A stretch of DNA of 64,000 nt from an uncultured Gemmatimonadales bacterium (GTDB taxonomy: Bacteria; Gemmatimonadota; Gemmatimonadetes; Longimicrobiales; RSA9), in contig CAVUKA010000001.1 of NCBI GenBank assembly GCA_963741945.1, positions 448,001 to 512,000 of the forward strand. Reading direction: 5' to 3'. The notes under the pieces were generated by a model, which ran no database searches, was not told where the DNA came from, and saw nothing but the letters and a program-made list of their open reading frames with translations. How positions within the stretch are numbered: position 1 is the first letter of the stretch; each line of letters starts with the position of its first letter. This document shows, piece by piece, positions 25,301 to 33,345 of the stretch. A program made the translations under genes and the position numbers.

Positions 25301-25374
25301 TGGATGATCTGGTCGATCAGGTCCTGCCACTGCACCCCGCTGGCCAATCCGCTGAAGCTTGCGACCGGGTCCAT
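22303..25374 (-). CDS. fliD: Flagellar filament cap protein FliD (unusually large, 1023 aa)
   Basis: N-terminal FSGLASGVQWQDLIDQII; C-terminal RQDLVRRFTAMEQAL; located between fliC and fliS. Confidence 0.92.
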   Translation of the reverse strand: MDPVASFSGLASGVQWQDLIDQIIQVESRPQQILQQRITATQTRSAAWLDFRTKLGTFQKAAAALAEDTALDVFSTAVSGSGFTASASSEASPGSYAIDVRRLATAEKLGSDVFADSTAALGKTGEFWINGVRVAVDASDGLSDVAYSINAANTGTGATHVSASVVRSGAGYQLVLTSQRTGAEGIDLVDGYPGPLDFLGFTDGSASIKHATTAGATSDDFATRSTGVATLLGMTGGASSDVTIAGQTFTLDLSAGLDQLAADINAGVGRDVAAVVSDTVDGETVYRLDLEGTTDFADVGGGVALRALGVLEGGRGAVAQTVTSGAALAVSGGAAATAGTDLTALFIGGSATATQPGDTFTVAGTKPDGSAFTLDLEVVASGGAPTRAGYTGVTTLDDVLTRLNGAGGFDGAATADVAGGRIVVTDAATGASRLGLSIVAHNEGGGALDFGAFGTTAVGRAREIVSGQDAEVVVDGAYATSATNRLADTIPGVSVSLTSVGAGTITVSRDADAVVKDVKAMVDGYNAVAGFVTAQFTGGEGSNKPLSGDSTLRSMRGRLLSAMQTVLHTGVAGSWSRLGDLGIAVQKDGTFAFDEARLRGALETDPQALSRLFGDYGAATGAGLSYITAGEATASGTYAVAMTAPATVATLAGTVDLAANGYTGTADTLTITDLGSGKDYSIDLVSGETGAQLLSALQTELATARVHTITSSTPLAADAGGTPASADTTWGQLFQGGADAGVHDGDSITISGRRADGASFYQTLAIADAATQTLGELRDTMQNLVGSDAIVEIDAGGKFAVTAGATGSSLLELTLSSDNAGGGSLQLGTTVATEGRPAAGITAALDPTTGALVLTHGAYGSNAGFSFALTDPTNEGALGLGASATEQRGSDIVGTIGGVVATGSGWTLTGAAGTDTDGLMVKLDGAFAGGSITFSRGVASTLDRALSSLLDTGDGSIQSIIDRLDENVTRMSDRIDDMDARLERRRQDLVRRFTAMEQALALAQSQSSWLAGQITRLSSNQGS

Positions 25375-25419
25375 GAAGTTCCTCGCGTACGCGTTCGTGT
25401 GGATGCTGCTGGGTTGTGG

Positions 25420-25447
25420 GTATCGGCAGGCGAGGTCGCGAACTTGA
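25420..25447 (-). promoter_or_regulatory. sigma28 promoter of fliD
   Basis: TCAA-16 nt-GCCGATAC. Confidence 0.7.
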
Positions 25448-25478
25448 GCACGGGTGGGAGGGGCGAAGAGAACGGCTT

Positions 25479-25706
25479 TGACACGAAGGGCGCGAAGGAA
25501 GGCCACGAAGGGCGCGAAGAACGGCGAACGGCGGGTCACGCGAAGGCGCGGAGAACGCGGAGGGGGTTCGGCGGGGAGCGCTGGGATCGGGGGCGGAGTC
25601 TCGGTCCCCGGGGCATGCATTCTGCTTGTGACGCTTCTGGCGGCGGGGAGGGCGCCTCGCCGGCAGCGCGCTTCGTGGGCTTCGATGCTTCGAGCTCTTC
25701 GTGTCA
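25479..25706. repeat. Imperfect long inverted repeat (REP/MITE-like) built from CACGAAG/CGAAG units
   Basis: Left arm TGACACGAAGGGCGCGAAG..CCACGAAG (25479-25516) pairs with right arm CTTCGTGG..CTTCGAGCTCTTCGTGTCA (25667-25706). Confidence 0.55.
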
Positions 25707-25729
25707 CGCCGTTGCCCGGGGACAAAGAA

Positions 25730-25767
25730 GCCCCCCGGCGCCAGGGGGTGACCAGACGCCGGGGGGC
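25730..25767 (-). terminator. Intrinsic terminator after fliC
   Basis: 11-bp stem GCCCCCCGGCG/CGCCGGGGGGC followed by TTCTTT on the minus strand. Confidence 0.7.
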
Positions 25768-25800
25768 GAGACTCCGCTCGCGCGGAGCTTCGTTTCCTTC

Positions 25801-26919
25801 CTACCGCAGGAGCTGCAGGACCGCCTGCGGCGCCTGGTTGGCCTGCGCCAGCATGGCGGTACCGGCCTGCTGGAGGATCTGAGCGCGGCTGAGCTCCGTC
25901 ATCTCCTGCGCCATGTCGGCGTCCCGGATGGTGGACTCGGCAGCCGCCGTGTTCTCGATCGTGGCCTGCACGTTCTGGAGCGCGTAGTCGATCCGGTTCT
26001 GCGAAGCGCCGATCGTGCCCACTGCGGTGTTCAGCGTTTCGATCGCCGTGTCGAGGTTCGTGAGCGCCGTGCGCGCGCCCGCAGTCGTGCTGATGTCGTC
26101 CCCATTGATGCCCAGAGTGGTGGAGTCGACGTCGATCGCCGTCACGGACACCAGGTCGTCGCCGCTATACTGACCGCTGGAGCTGACCATGAAGTCACCG
26201 CTCGCAGTGGCGGAGACGACCAGGTCACCATCCGCCGCATTCCCGGCCGCCGTATAGTCGGCCGTGAGGTCCAGCGTGATCCCGAAGGTGGAGAATTCCA
26301 CGGACTGCGCGCCGTCCGAGCCGACTGCGATCGTCTGGCTGGCGGTTCCCTTGGAGACGGTGATCTCGCCGGCAACGGAGTTGTCCACGGCGTAGGTGCC
26401 GGCCGCCGTGCCGTTGATGCTGGCACCGTATACCGTGGTGCTCGCGGCCAGGACCGTGCTGTTCGCCGCGTCCGTATCGACGGCGGCGCCGAAGCCGCCC
26501 GCCAGCAGCGTCTGGCCGTTGAACGTGGTCGTGCTCACGATGCGGTCGAGCTCGTTCTTCAGCGACGTGAACTCGGCGTTCAGCTGCGTCTTGCTCGCCC
26601 CGCCGTCGGCGCCCGAGCTCGCGGAGTTCGACTGCGTGGCCAGCTCCTTCATCCGCTGGAGGATGCTCGTCATCTGCGTCGTCGCGCCTTCCATCACCTG
26701 GAGCATCGAGTTGGCCTGCTCGGCGTTCCGCGAGGCCTGCTGGAGCGAGCGAATGTCCGCGTGCAGCTTGTTGGCGATCCCCAGGCCCGCGGCGTCATCC
26801 GATGCCTTGTTGATCCGGAGACCCGACGAAAGGCGCCCGATCTGACGCGCTACGATCTTGTCCGTCTGCCCCAGGATCCGCTGGGTGTTGAGGGCCGAGA
26901 CGTTGGTGTTGATCCGCAT
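25801..26919 (-). CDS. fliC: Flagellin
   Basis: MRINTNVSAL...LSSGLRINKASDDAAG; C-terminal IRDADMAQE...QANQAPQAVLQLL; 372 aa. Confidence 0.97.
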   Translation of the reverse strand: MRINTNVSALNTQRILGQTDKIVARQIGRLSSGLRINKASDDAAGLGIANKLHADIRSLQQASRNAEQANSMLQVMEGATTQMTSILQRMKELATQSNSASSGADGGASKTQLNAEFTSLKNELDRIVSTTTFNGQTLLAGGFGAAVDTDAANSTVLAASTTVYGASINGTAAGTYAVDNSVAGEITVSKGTASQTIAVGSDGAQSVEFSTFGITLDLTADYTAAGNAADGDLVVSATASGDFMVSSSGQYSGDDLVSVTAIDVDSTTLGINGDDISTTAGARTALTNLDTAIETLNTAVGTIGASQNRIDYALQNVQATIENTAAAESTIRDADMAQEMTELSRAQILQQAGTAMLAQANQAPQAVLQLLR

Positions 26920-26926
26920 GGTTGTT

Positions 26927-26966
26927 TCTCCATCCCTTGAGAGTGAACTCGGAGCGTCCTTGCTCC
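26927..26966 (-). promoter_or_regulatory. Putative CsrA binding sites in the fliC leader
   Basis: mRNA hairpin GGAGC-AAGGAC-GCUCC plus a second GGA site (CAAGGGAUGGAG) over the SD. Confidence 0.65.
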
Positions 26967-27008
26967 TCTTTTCCATCCGTCCGGCCATTTCCGACCGGCT
27001 GAGTGTGG

Positions 27009-27035
27009 TTATCGGCGGAGGGCCCGGGGACTTGA
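27009..27035 (-). promoter_or_regulatory. sigma28 promoter of fliC
   Basis: TCAA-15 nt-GCCGATAA. Confidence 0.85.
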
Positions 27036-27264
27036 GCGGACGGGGCTCGTTGTGCGGCCGGGCACCCTCTGGCGGCGGGGTCGCAGTCGCGGGCGGCTCT
27101 GCGTCATCGGCATCGGCGTGCGGGTCGGCGTTGCCTACGGGAAAGGCCGGGCGCGCCAGACGGAGCACGGGTGACGGACACGGGGGGAGGCGGGGAGGGG
27201 CTGGGGCTTGCGGCATCGCAGAGGGGCTCGCCCTGCGGCCTCGCAGGGGCGGTGCGCAGCACGA

Positions 27265-27293
27265 TTGCACTTTGTATGTTCGTGCTATAGCAT
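27265..27293 (+). promoter_or_regulatory. sigma70 promoter (leaderless) with palindrome over the -10
   Basis: TTGCAC-17 nt-TAGCAT, 6 nt before the ATG at 27300; palindrome TGCTATAGCA at 27283-27292. Confidence 0.6.
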
Positions 27294-27299
27294 TGTAGC

Positions 27300-28538
27300 A
27301 TGAAAATACTACGCGAGAACCCGTTCCGGATCGGTGGGGTGGTGGAGCCGCCGTTCTTCACGGACCGTGCGGAGGAGGTGGGGCGGATCCGGGAGGCGCT
27401 GGAGCGGGCGCCGGCGAAGCTGCTGGTGTACGGGGAGCGTCGGATGGGGAAGACGTCGGCGCTGCACGTGGCGCGGCTGGCGGTGGAGCGGGCGGGTGGG
27501 CGGGTGGTGTTCGCGGACCTGTCGACGGTGTCGTCGCCGACGGACATGGCGAACCGTGTGCTGGCCGCGGCGTCGCGCGGCCCGGGTCGGAGCTGGGGTG
27601 ACTTCGTGAGCGACGTGGCGGGTCGTCTGCGGGTGCGGCTGGAGCTGGTGACGGATCCGGCGACGGGGGTAGTGATCCCGTCGCTTGAAGCGGGGCTGCG
27701 GTCGCGGGAGATGGGGGAGCAGTACGACTCGTTCGTGGCGGTGCTGGACGCGCTGGAAGCGGTGGCGGAGTCGCGTGACGCGAAGCTGGGGGTGATCCTG
27801 GACGAGTTCCAGGAGATCCACCGGTTCGGCGGCGAGGACGCGGAGTGGCGGCTGCGTGGGGCGATCCAGCACCATCGTGGGATCGGGTACGTGCTGGCGG
27901 GGTCGGACGCGTCGCTGATCCGGTCGATGCTGGGGAGCGGGCGGGCGTTTTACGAGATGTTCGACCCGCTGCATTTCGGGCCCATGGACGCCGGGCATTT
28001 CGCGACGTGGGTGGATGACCGGCTGTCCGGCGCGGGTCTCCCGTGCCCCGGTCTGGGCGCGCGGGCAGTGACGGTGGCGGGGCCGAGGACGAGGGACGTG
28101 GTGCGGCTGGGGCGGGCGAGCTACGAGGCGGCGCGGTCGTGGGGCGGGGCTCGCGCGGGCGGCGCGGGGGGTTCAGCGGCCGGGCCAGACTGCGATCCCG
28201 CGGCGCTGGCGCGGGCGGGGCTGGAGCGGGTGGTGGCGGAGGAGGATGACCGGATGCGGGTGGTGTGGGACAACCTTTCGGAGCACCAGCAGAACGTGCT
28301 GCGTGCGGTGGCATGGGACCACGACGGCCTGTCCACCGCGGCCACGGTTCGGCGCTTCGGGCTCGGCTACGGCGGGACGGCGAGGAACGCGGCGCTGGGC
28401 GTTGCCAAGCGCGGTCTGCTGCGGACGGCCGAAAGCCGCTCCGGCTTCGCGTTCGACAGCCCGTTCGCGCGGGCGTGGGTGGTGCTCCACGCCCTTCCCG
28501 ACGCCGGCATCCTCCTGCCCATCGACCACCCGTTCTGA
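27300..28538 (+). CDS. P-loop ATPase of the archaeal-type (ATPase_2) family, probable C-terminal winged helix
   Basis: NPF..G...F.DR..E, Walker A GERRMGKTS, Walker B ILDEFQ, GS motif, C-terminal DSPFARAWV. Confidence 0.8.
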   Translation: MKILRENPFRIGGVVEPPFFTDRAEEVGRIREALERAPAKLLVYGERRMGKTSALHVARLAVERAGGRVVFADLSTVSSPTDMANRVLAAASRGPGRSWGDFVSDVAGRLRVRLELVTDPATGVVIPSLEAGLRSREMGEQYDSFVAVLDALEAVAESRDAKLGVILDEFQEIHRFGGEDAEWRLRGAIQHHRGIGYVLAGSDASLIRSMLGSGRAFYEMFDPLHFGPMDAGHFATWVDDRLSGAGLPCPGLGARAVTVAGPRTRDVVRLGRASYEAARSWGGARAGGAGGSAAGPDCDPAALARAGLERVVAEEDDRMRVVWDNLSEHQQNVLRAVAWDHDGLSTAATVRRFGLGYGGTARNAALGVAKRGLLRTAESRSGFAFDSPFARAWVVLHALPDAGILLPIDHPF

Positions 28539-28601
28539 CTCGCGGCGGGTTGATCGAACGGCTCCGGCGGTCTGTGCGGCCCCGGTCCGTCCGGTCCTTC
28601 G

Positions 28602-28638
28602 CCCTACCCCTTCCCTACCCCTTCCCTACCCCTTCCCC
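28602..28638. repeat. 11-bp tandem repeat (CCCTACCCCTT) x3 plus partial
   Basis: Directly visible; spans the stop codon of the EAL-HDOD gene. Confidence 0.85.
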
Positions 28639-29888
28639 GCCCCCTCGCCGGTGAGCGCGGCCAGGTAGCGATCCGCGTCCTGGAGGGCGTCGAGGTAAGC
28701 GTCGCGGAGGTTGACGTTGGTGGCGCGGGCGGTCTTGACGAGGGCGGGGACCTCGAGCCATCGGCCGGCCTCGTAGGCTTCGACGAGGGAGAGGATGGGG
28801 GCGAGGGGACCGGCCCTGCGGGCGAGGGCCTGGTAGACCTCGGGTCGGAGGTCGAGGCGGTCGAGGAGGTCGGCCATGGGGGCGTCGAGGAGCGCGTCCA
28901 GCCGGGAGAACATGCCGGCCAGGTAGAGCGCGGCGGCCTCGCCGGTGTGGCCGATGTCGTAGGCGATGCGCTCGCACATGCGGGCGCGGAGCAGGGCGCT
29001 GTGGACGAGCTCGCCCCGCGGGCCGCTGCTGGAGCCGCCGGAGGCGAGCATGAGGGCGAGCCAGCGGTAGAGCGATTTCCGCCCGAGCAGCCGGAGCGCG
29101 TGGCCGATGGAGGAGATGCCTCGGCCGCCCATGGCTGCGGAGTTGACCATGCGCAGCAGCTTGTAGGAGAGGGAGATGTCGCCGCGGAAGATGTCTTCCA
29201 GCGCGCTGTCGGAGGTGTCGGGGTCGTCCACCACTTTGAGCAGCCGGCTGACGTTGAGCTGCTCGATGGAGAGGTCCTTCCGGGCGAGCGTCTGGGGTCG
29301 GCTGAAGTGGTAGCCCTGGAACAGCCCGAAGCCGAGGTCGAGGCAACGCTGGTAGGTCTCGGCGTCTTCGATCTTCTCGGCCAGGAGCTCGGCGCCGTAG
29401 GGGCGGACGCGTGCGACGAGCGCGGCGAGTCCTTGCGGGGTGTGCTGGAGCACGTCGAGGCGGATGACGGAAGCGAGCAGGAGGAGCGGCTCGGCCTCGG
29501 GGCGGTACTCGAAATTGTCGAGGGCAATGCGGTAGCCGGCATCGGCGAGGCGCTCGATGGCGGCCAGGACGGCGTTCTCGAGCGGGACGGTCTCGAGGAT
29601 CTCGATGACCACCTGCTGGCGGTCGAAGAGCTCGAGACAGCCGTCGAGGATCATGTCGCGATCGACGTTGACGAACGCGGGTCGGTCCCCGGTGACATCG
29701 CGGAGCCCCATTCCGAGCAGCGAGTCCACCATTACGCTGGGCCCCATGACCTCGGCGGGCCCGTCGGCGTGGTCGGCGGTGCGGGTGCCGCGGTACAGGA
29801 TCTCGTAGCCGTGGACCTGGCTGGTGCGGTCGAAGATCGGCTGCCGTGCCAGGTAGATCTGTCGGGTTTCCGCGGCGTTCGTGCTCAT
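28626..29888 (-). CDS. EAL and HDOD domain protein (YuxH/PdeH-like), degenerate EAL residues
   Basis: ARQPIFD, YEILYR, AEKIE, QGYHFS, then HDOD DISLSYKLLRMVNSA; DNF and RLD replace DDF and KID. Confidence 0.85.
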   Translation of the reverse strand: MSTNAAETRQIYLARQPIFDRTSQVHGYEILYRGTRTADHADGPAEVMGPSVMVDSLLGMGLRDVTGDRPAFVNVDRDMILDGCLELFDRQQVVIEILETVPLENAVLAAIERLADAGYRIALDNFEYRPEAEPLLLLASVIRLDVLQHTPQGLAALVARVRPYGAELLAEKIEDAETYQRCLDLGFGLFQGYHFSRPQTLARKDLSIEQLNVSRLLKVVDDPDTSDSALEDIFRGDISLSYKLLRMVNSAAMGGRGISSIGHALRLLGRKSLYRWLALMLASGGSSSGPRGELVHSALLRARMCERIAYDIGHTGEAAALYLAGMFSRLDALLDAPMADLLDRLDLRPEVYQALARRAGPLAPILSLVEAYEAGRWLEVPALVKTARATNVNLRDAYLDALQDADRYLAALTGEGAGKG

Positions 29889-30745
29889 GAGCTGGGTCCG
29901 ATGGTGGTGGTCACGGGAGCGCCGACGGAGCTTTCCCAGCCGATCTCCACGGAGGGGAGAGTGTCGGTGCGGAACGGCAGGAGGAGCGTGGTGCGACGGT
30001 TCCTGGGGTCCGTGGGCCGGTCGGGGACGCGCAGGTTGCGGTCGGCGTAGCCACGCACTTCGAGGACTTTCGAAGCGCGGTAGCCAGCGCTTTCGAGCTC
30101 GCGTCGGGCCGCCTGGGCGCGGTCGGAGGAGAGATCCCAGTTGGTGTAGTTCTTCCGGCTGTACGGGACGGCGTCGGTGTGGCCCTCGATGATGATGCCG
30201 TTCCCGAGCTGGTCGAGCTCGGGGGCCATGAGGTCCAGGATGCGCACGGCCGCGGGATTGAGCCGGGCCGAGCCAAAGGGGAAGAAGGTCTCGCCCTCGG
30301 CGTTCTCGACCATCTCGATGCGGAGCCCCTCGTCGGTGATGAGGATGTCGATCTGGCGGGAGAGGTCCTGGAGCTCGGGGGTGCCGTCGAGCTTCTTCCG
30401 GATGGCATCGCGGGCCGCCTCGAACTTCCGGACCTGGGCCTCCTTCGACATCAGCACGAGCCGATCGACGTTCATGTTGGTGGGCGCATTGGCCACCGAC
30501 AGGATATTGCGTCCGGCCGACTGCGCCTTTCGGAAGCCGATCGGGTTGTTGAAGTACCCCTGCACCATGTCCTTGACGTTCTGCTCCATGCCCATGATCC
30601 ACATGACCAGGAAGAACGCCATCATGGCCGTGACGAAATCGGCATACGCCACTTTCCACGACCCGCCGTGGTGGCCTCCATGGCCTTTCACCTTCTTCAC
30701 CACCCGGATCACGGTGGGGGGCGGCTGCTGATGGCTGGCGCTCAT
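29885..30745 (-). CDS. motB: Flagellar stator MotB
   Basis: WKVAYADFVTAMMAFF, OmpA-like EGHTD, NWDLSSDRA, NRR. Confidence 0.95.
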   Translation of the reverse strand: MSASHQQPPPTVIRVVKKVKGHGGHHGGSWKVAYADFVTAMMAFFLVMWIMGMEQNVKDMVQGYFNNPIGFRKAQSAGRNILSVANAPTNMNVDRLVLMSKEAQVRKFEAARDAIRKKLDGTPELQDLSRQIDILITDEGLRIEMVENAEGETFFPFGSARLNPAAVRILDLMAPELDQLGNGIIIEGHTDAVPYSRKNYTNWDLSSDRAQAARRELESAGYRASKVLEVRGYADRNLRVPDRPTDPRNRRTTLLLPFRTDTLPSVEIGWESSVGAPVTTTIGPSS

Positions 30746-30746
30746 G

Positions 30747-31601
30747 TCAGCCCTTCCTCCTGGTCATGTCCTCCAGCTCCGTGAACGACGGCCGGTCGTC
30801 CGGCTCGATGTTGCGGCGCGCGAACTCCACGGAGGTGATGGGCGGATCGCCGCGCGAGAAGCTCAGGAGTGCGGTGCGGATCACCCCCATGTACGACTCC
30901 TCCGCGCGCACCCGCGCGGCCATGGCAGTGGCCAGCGGCTGGAAAATGCCGTAGGCGAGCAGGATCCCGAGGAACGTGCCGACGAGCGCCGCGGCCACGC
31001 TGTGCCCCACTTCCGCGGCGGCGCCGCCGATCTTCCCCATGGTGACAATGACGCCGAGGACGGCGGCGACAATGCCGAAGCCGGGCATGGAGTCGCCGAG
31101 GTTCGCCAGGGCATCCGAGGGCCGGAGCGCCGCCTCGTGCTGCCGCTCGAGGTCCAGGTCCAGGATCTCCGCCAGGTGGTGGTCCGCCACGGCGCCGGTG
31201 AGGAGCACCTTCATGGTGTCGGAGAGGAAGCCGATGGCGTGCTGGTGGGCCTGCAGCGTGGGATACTTGGAAAACAGCTCGCTCGCGGACGGATCCTCGA
31301 TGTGCTGCTCGATCCCCACCAGGCCGTCGCGCTTGGCCGCGTAGAACAGGTCGTAGAGGACCCGCAGCAGTTCGGAGTACGCCTCGCGCGTGTAGGGGCT
31401 CGGCTTGAGCAGACCCAGCGTCTCCTTGAAGATCCGCACCAGGCCGGCCGGCCCGTTGCCCACGAGCAGCGCACCAACGCCGGCGCCGCCGATGATGATG
31501 AGCTCGGCGACCTGGACCAGGACGGCAATGCGCCCGCCCTCGAGGGTGAAACCCACCACAATGCTGCCGAAGACGACAGCGAACCCGATGATGATGAACA
31601 A
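30747..31601 (-). CDS. motA: Flagellar stator MotA
   Basis: TTG start; PGFGIVAAVLG, ALVGTFLGILLAYG, VEFARR. Confidence 0.95.
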   Translation of the reverse strand: MFIIIGFAVVFGSIVVGFTLEGGRIAVLVQVAELIIIGGAGVGALLVGNGPAGLVRIFKETLGLLKPSPYTREAYSELLRVLYDLFYAAKRDGLVGIEQHIEDPSASELFSKYPTLQAHQHAIGFLSDTMKVLLTGAVADHHLAEILDLDLERQHEAALRPSDALANLGDSMPGFGIVAAVLGVIVTMGKIGGAAAEVGHSVAAALVGTFLGILLAYGIFQPLATAMAARVRAEESYMGVIRTALLSFSRGDPPITSVEFARRNIEPDDRPSFTELEDMTRRKG

Positions 31602-31645
31602 AGGCGCGCCCGGTTAAGCGACGTTTCCGTGCTACCCGTCGGGCA

Positions 31646-31672
31646 TTATCGGCGATGGGACCCGGAACCTTA
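31646..31672 (-). promoter_or_regulatory. sigma28 promoter of motAB-EAL
   Basis: TAAG-15 nt-GCCGATAA. Confidence 0.8.
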
Positions 31673-31689
31673 GCGGGCGGACGGAGGAC

Positions 31690-31920
31690 TCAGCCCTGCT
31701 TCAGCGGCAGGCGGGCGGCCCAGGCGCGGGCGGTGTCGCCATCGGTGGCGCGCCGGTTCTCCTCGGCCACTTCGAGCACGATCTCCTCCCGCACGATGCC
31801 CACGTGGTCGGGCGCCTCGATACCGAGACGCACCGTCCCGCGGTCGCTGGCCAGGACCACCACGCGGATGCCGCCATCGATGAGGATGGCATCGCCGGGG
31901 CGGCGGGAGAGGATCAGCAC
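31690..31920 (-). CDS. csrA: Carbon storage regulator CsrA
   Basis: MLILSRRPGDAILI...VRLGIEAP...IVREEI...EENRRA. Confidence 0.93.
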   Translation of the reverse strand: MLILSRRPGDAILIDGGIRVVVLASDRGTVRLGIEAPDHVGIVREEIVLEVAEENRRATDGDTARAWAARLPLKQG

Positions 31921-31923
31921 GCG

Positions 31924-33345
31924 TCAGGCCATGTTCAGGAGGGTCTGCAGCATCTCGTCCACCCGGGACACCACGCGCGCGGCGGCACCGTAGGCCGCCT
32001 GCTGGCTGATCATGGCCGTGAGCTCCTCGTCGAGTGAAACGCCGCTCACCGACTCGCGCTGCTCCCCGACCTGGCGGACCAGCGTGTCATGCACGCTCGC
32101 GGACGACGTGGCCGCCGCGGCGGTCGCGCCGGTTCCCGCCACCAGCGACGTGTACGCTTCACCCAGCCCGCCATCGCGCAGCGCCTCGATGGCGAGCGCG
32201 ATGGTGTTGTTCCCGGCGAGGTACGACCAGCCCGTGGCACTCGTCGGATCGGCCGCACCATTGCCCGCGGCGATGAACGCCGTGCCCGGCTTTCCGTCGC
32301 GCCCGCTGCCCACGGCGTCCGACAGCTGGATGTGGCCCGCGGCCGTGTCGATCATGCCGGGGTCCGCCGTGGCGAACGGCTTGAAGAAATCGATGCCCGA
32401 CTCGCCGGCCGGGCCGACGCCCTGCTCGTGGATGTCGTTGACGGCCTGGACGAAGTCGCGGGCGAGGTCGTTGATGGCGGCCCGCGCGTCCGCCAGGTCG
32501 TGGTCGAGGACGTCGATGAGCGCACCCACCCTCCCCGACGGCTGCCGGATCCGCTGCTGACTGCCGGAGAACTGGAGGACGATCCCCGCGCCGTCCACGT
32601 GGGCCGGCTCGATCTGCCTGGAAACGGTCCCATCCACCAGCGCCTGGCCGTCCACGTAGACGCCCACGCTCCCGTTCGCCCGCTCCACCACCTGGCCGCC
32701 GACCAGCCCCGACAGCTCATCGAGGGCGACATCGCGCGCGTCGCGGAGGTCCGCGGCGTGCCCGCCGCCCGCCTCCTGGGCGAGGATGCGGCCGTTGAGC
32801 TCGGCCACGTGATCGGCGAGGTCGTTGACGCGGTCGACCAGGCTGTCCAGGCGCTCGGAGCCGGCGGTGTCCAGCTCGGCCATGCCATCGGAGAGCTGGG
32901 CGAAGCGATCGGCGACCTGGCTTCCGCGCTCGGCGAGGACGGAGCGAGCGGCGTCGCTGAGCGGGTCGGCGGCCAGGTCGCTCCACGCGTTCCAGAACTG
33001 GTCCATGGTGGCGAGGAGGCCATTGTCGGAGGGCTCACCGAACACCTGCTCCAGGCGACCCAGCTGTTGCGAGCGCTCGGCGAAGAACCCGGCGGTGCCG
33101 TTCTGGCGTCGCCAGGTGGCGTCGAGGAGCGGGTCGCGGACGCGATTGATGTCAGTGATCTGGACACCCATCCCGATGACGCCATCGGCCGTGACGAGCG
33201 GCGGGGCCGCCGCGAGCGTGGCGCGCTGGCGTGAATACCCTTCGCTGGCCGCGTTGTTGATGTTGTTGGCCGTGACCTGCATCACCTTCTGCTGCGTCAC
33301 GAGCGCGCGGGCCGCTGCCGAGAGGATGCCGCTGATGGTGGACAT
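31924..33345 (-). CDS. flgK: Hook-associated protein FlgK
   Basis: ANNINNAASEGYSRQ, SVSGVSLDEE...QAAYGAAARV. Confidence 0.93.
   Translation of the reverse strand: MSTISGILSAAARALVTQQKVMQVTANNINNAASEGYSRQRATLAAAPPLVTADGVIGMGVQITDINRVRDPLLDATWRRQNGTAGFFAERSQQLGRLEQVFGEPSDNGLLATMDQFWNAWSDLAADPLSDAARSVLAERGSQVADRFAQLSDGMAELDTAGSERLDSLVDRVNDLADHVAELNGRILAQEAGGGHAADLRDARDVALDELSGLVGGQVVERANGSVGVYVDGQALVDGTVSRQIEPAHVDGAGIVLQFSGSQQRIRQPSGRVGALIDVLDHDLADARAAINDLARDFVQAVNDIHEQGVGPAGESGIDFFKPFATADPGMIDTAAGHIQLSDAVGSGRDGKPGTAFIAAGNGAADPTSATGWSYLAGNNTIALAIEALRDGGLGEAYTSLVAGTGATAAAATSSASVHDTLVRQVGEQRESVSGVSLDEELTAMISQQAAYGAAARVVSRVDEMLQTLLNMA

Noticed and set aside
22807-26940. 1377-aa plus-strand ORF
   Set aside because: Antisense shadow of fliD/fliC; composition is typical of reverse frames
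27036-27260. Possible ncRNA upstream of the fliC promoter
   Set aside because: Only a short GC hairpin (~27230-27250); no recognisable RNA family without a covariance search
25375-27270. N-terminal extensions of fliD and fliC given in the ORF track
   Set aside because: Extensions run across sigma28 promoters; family-typical starts are at 25374 and 26919
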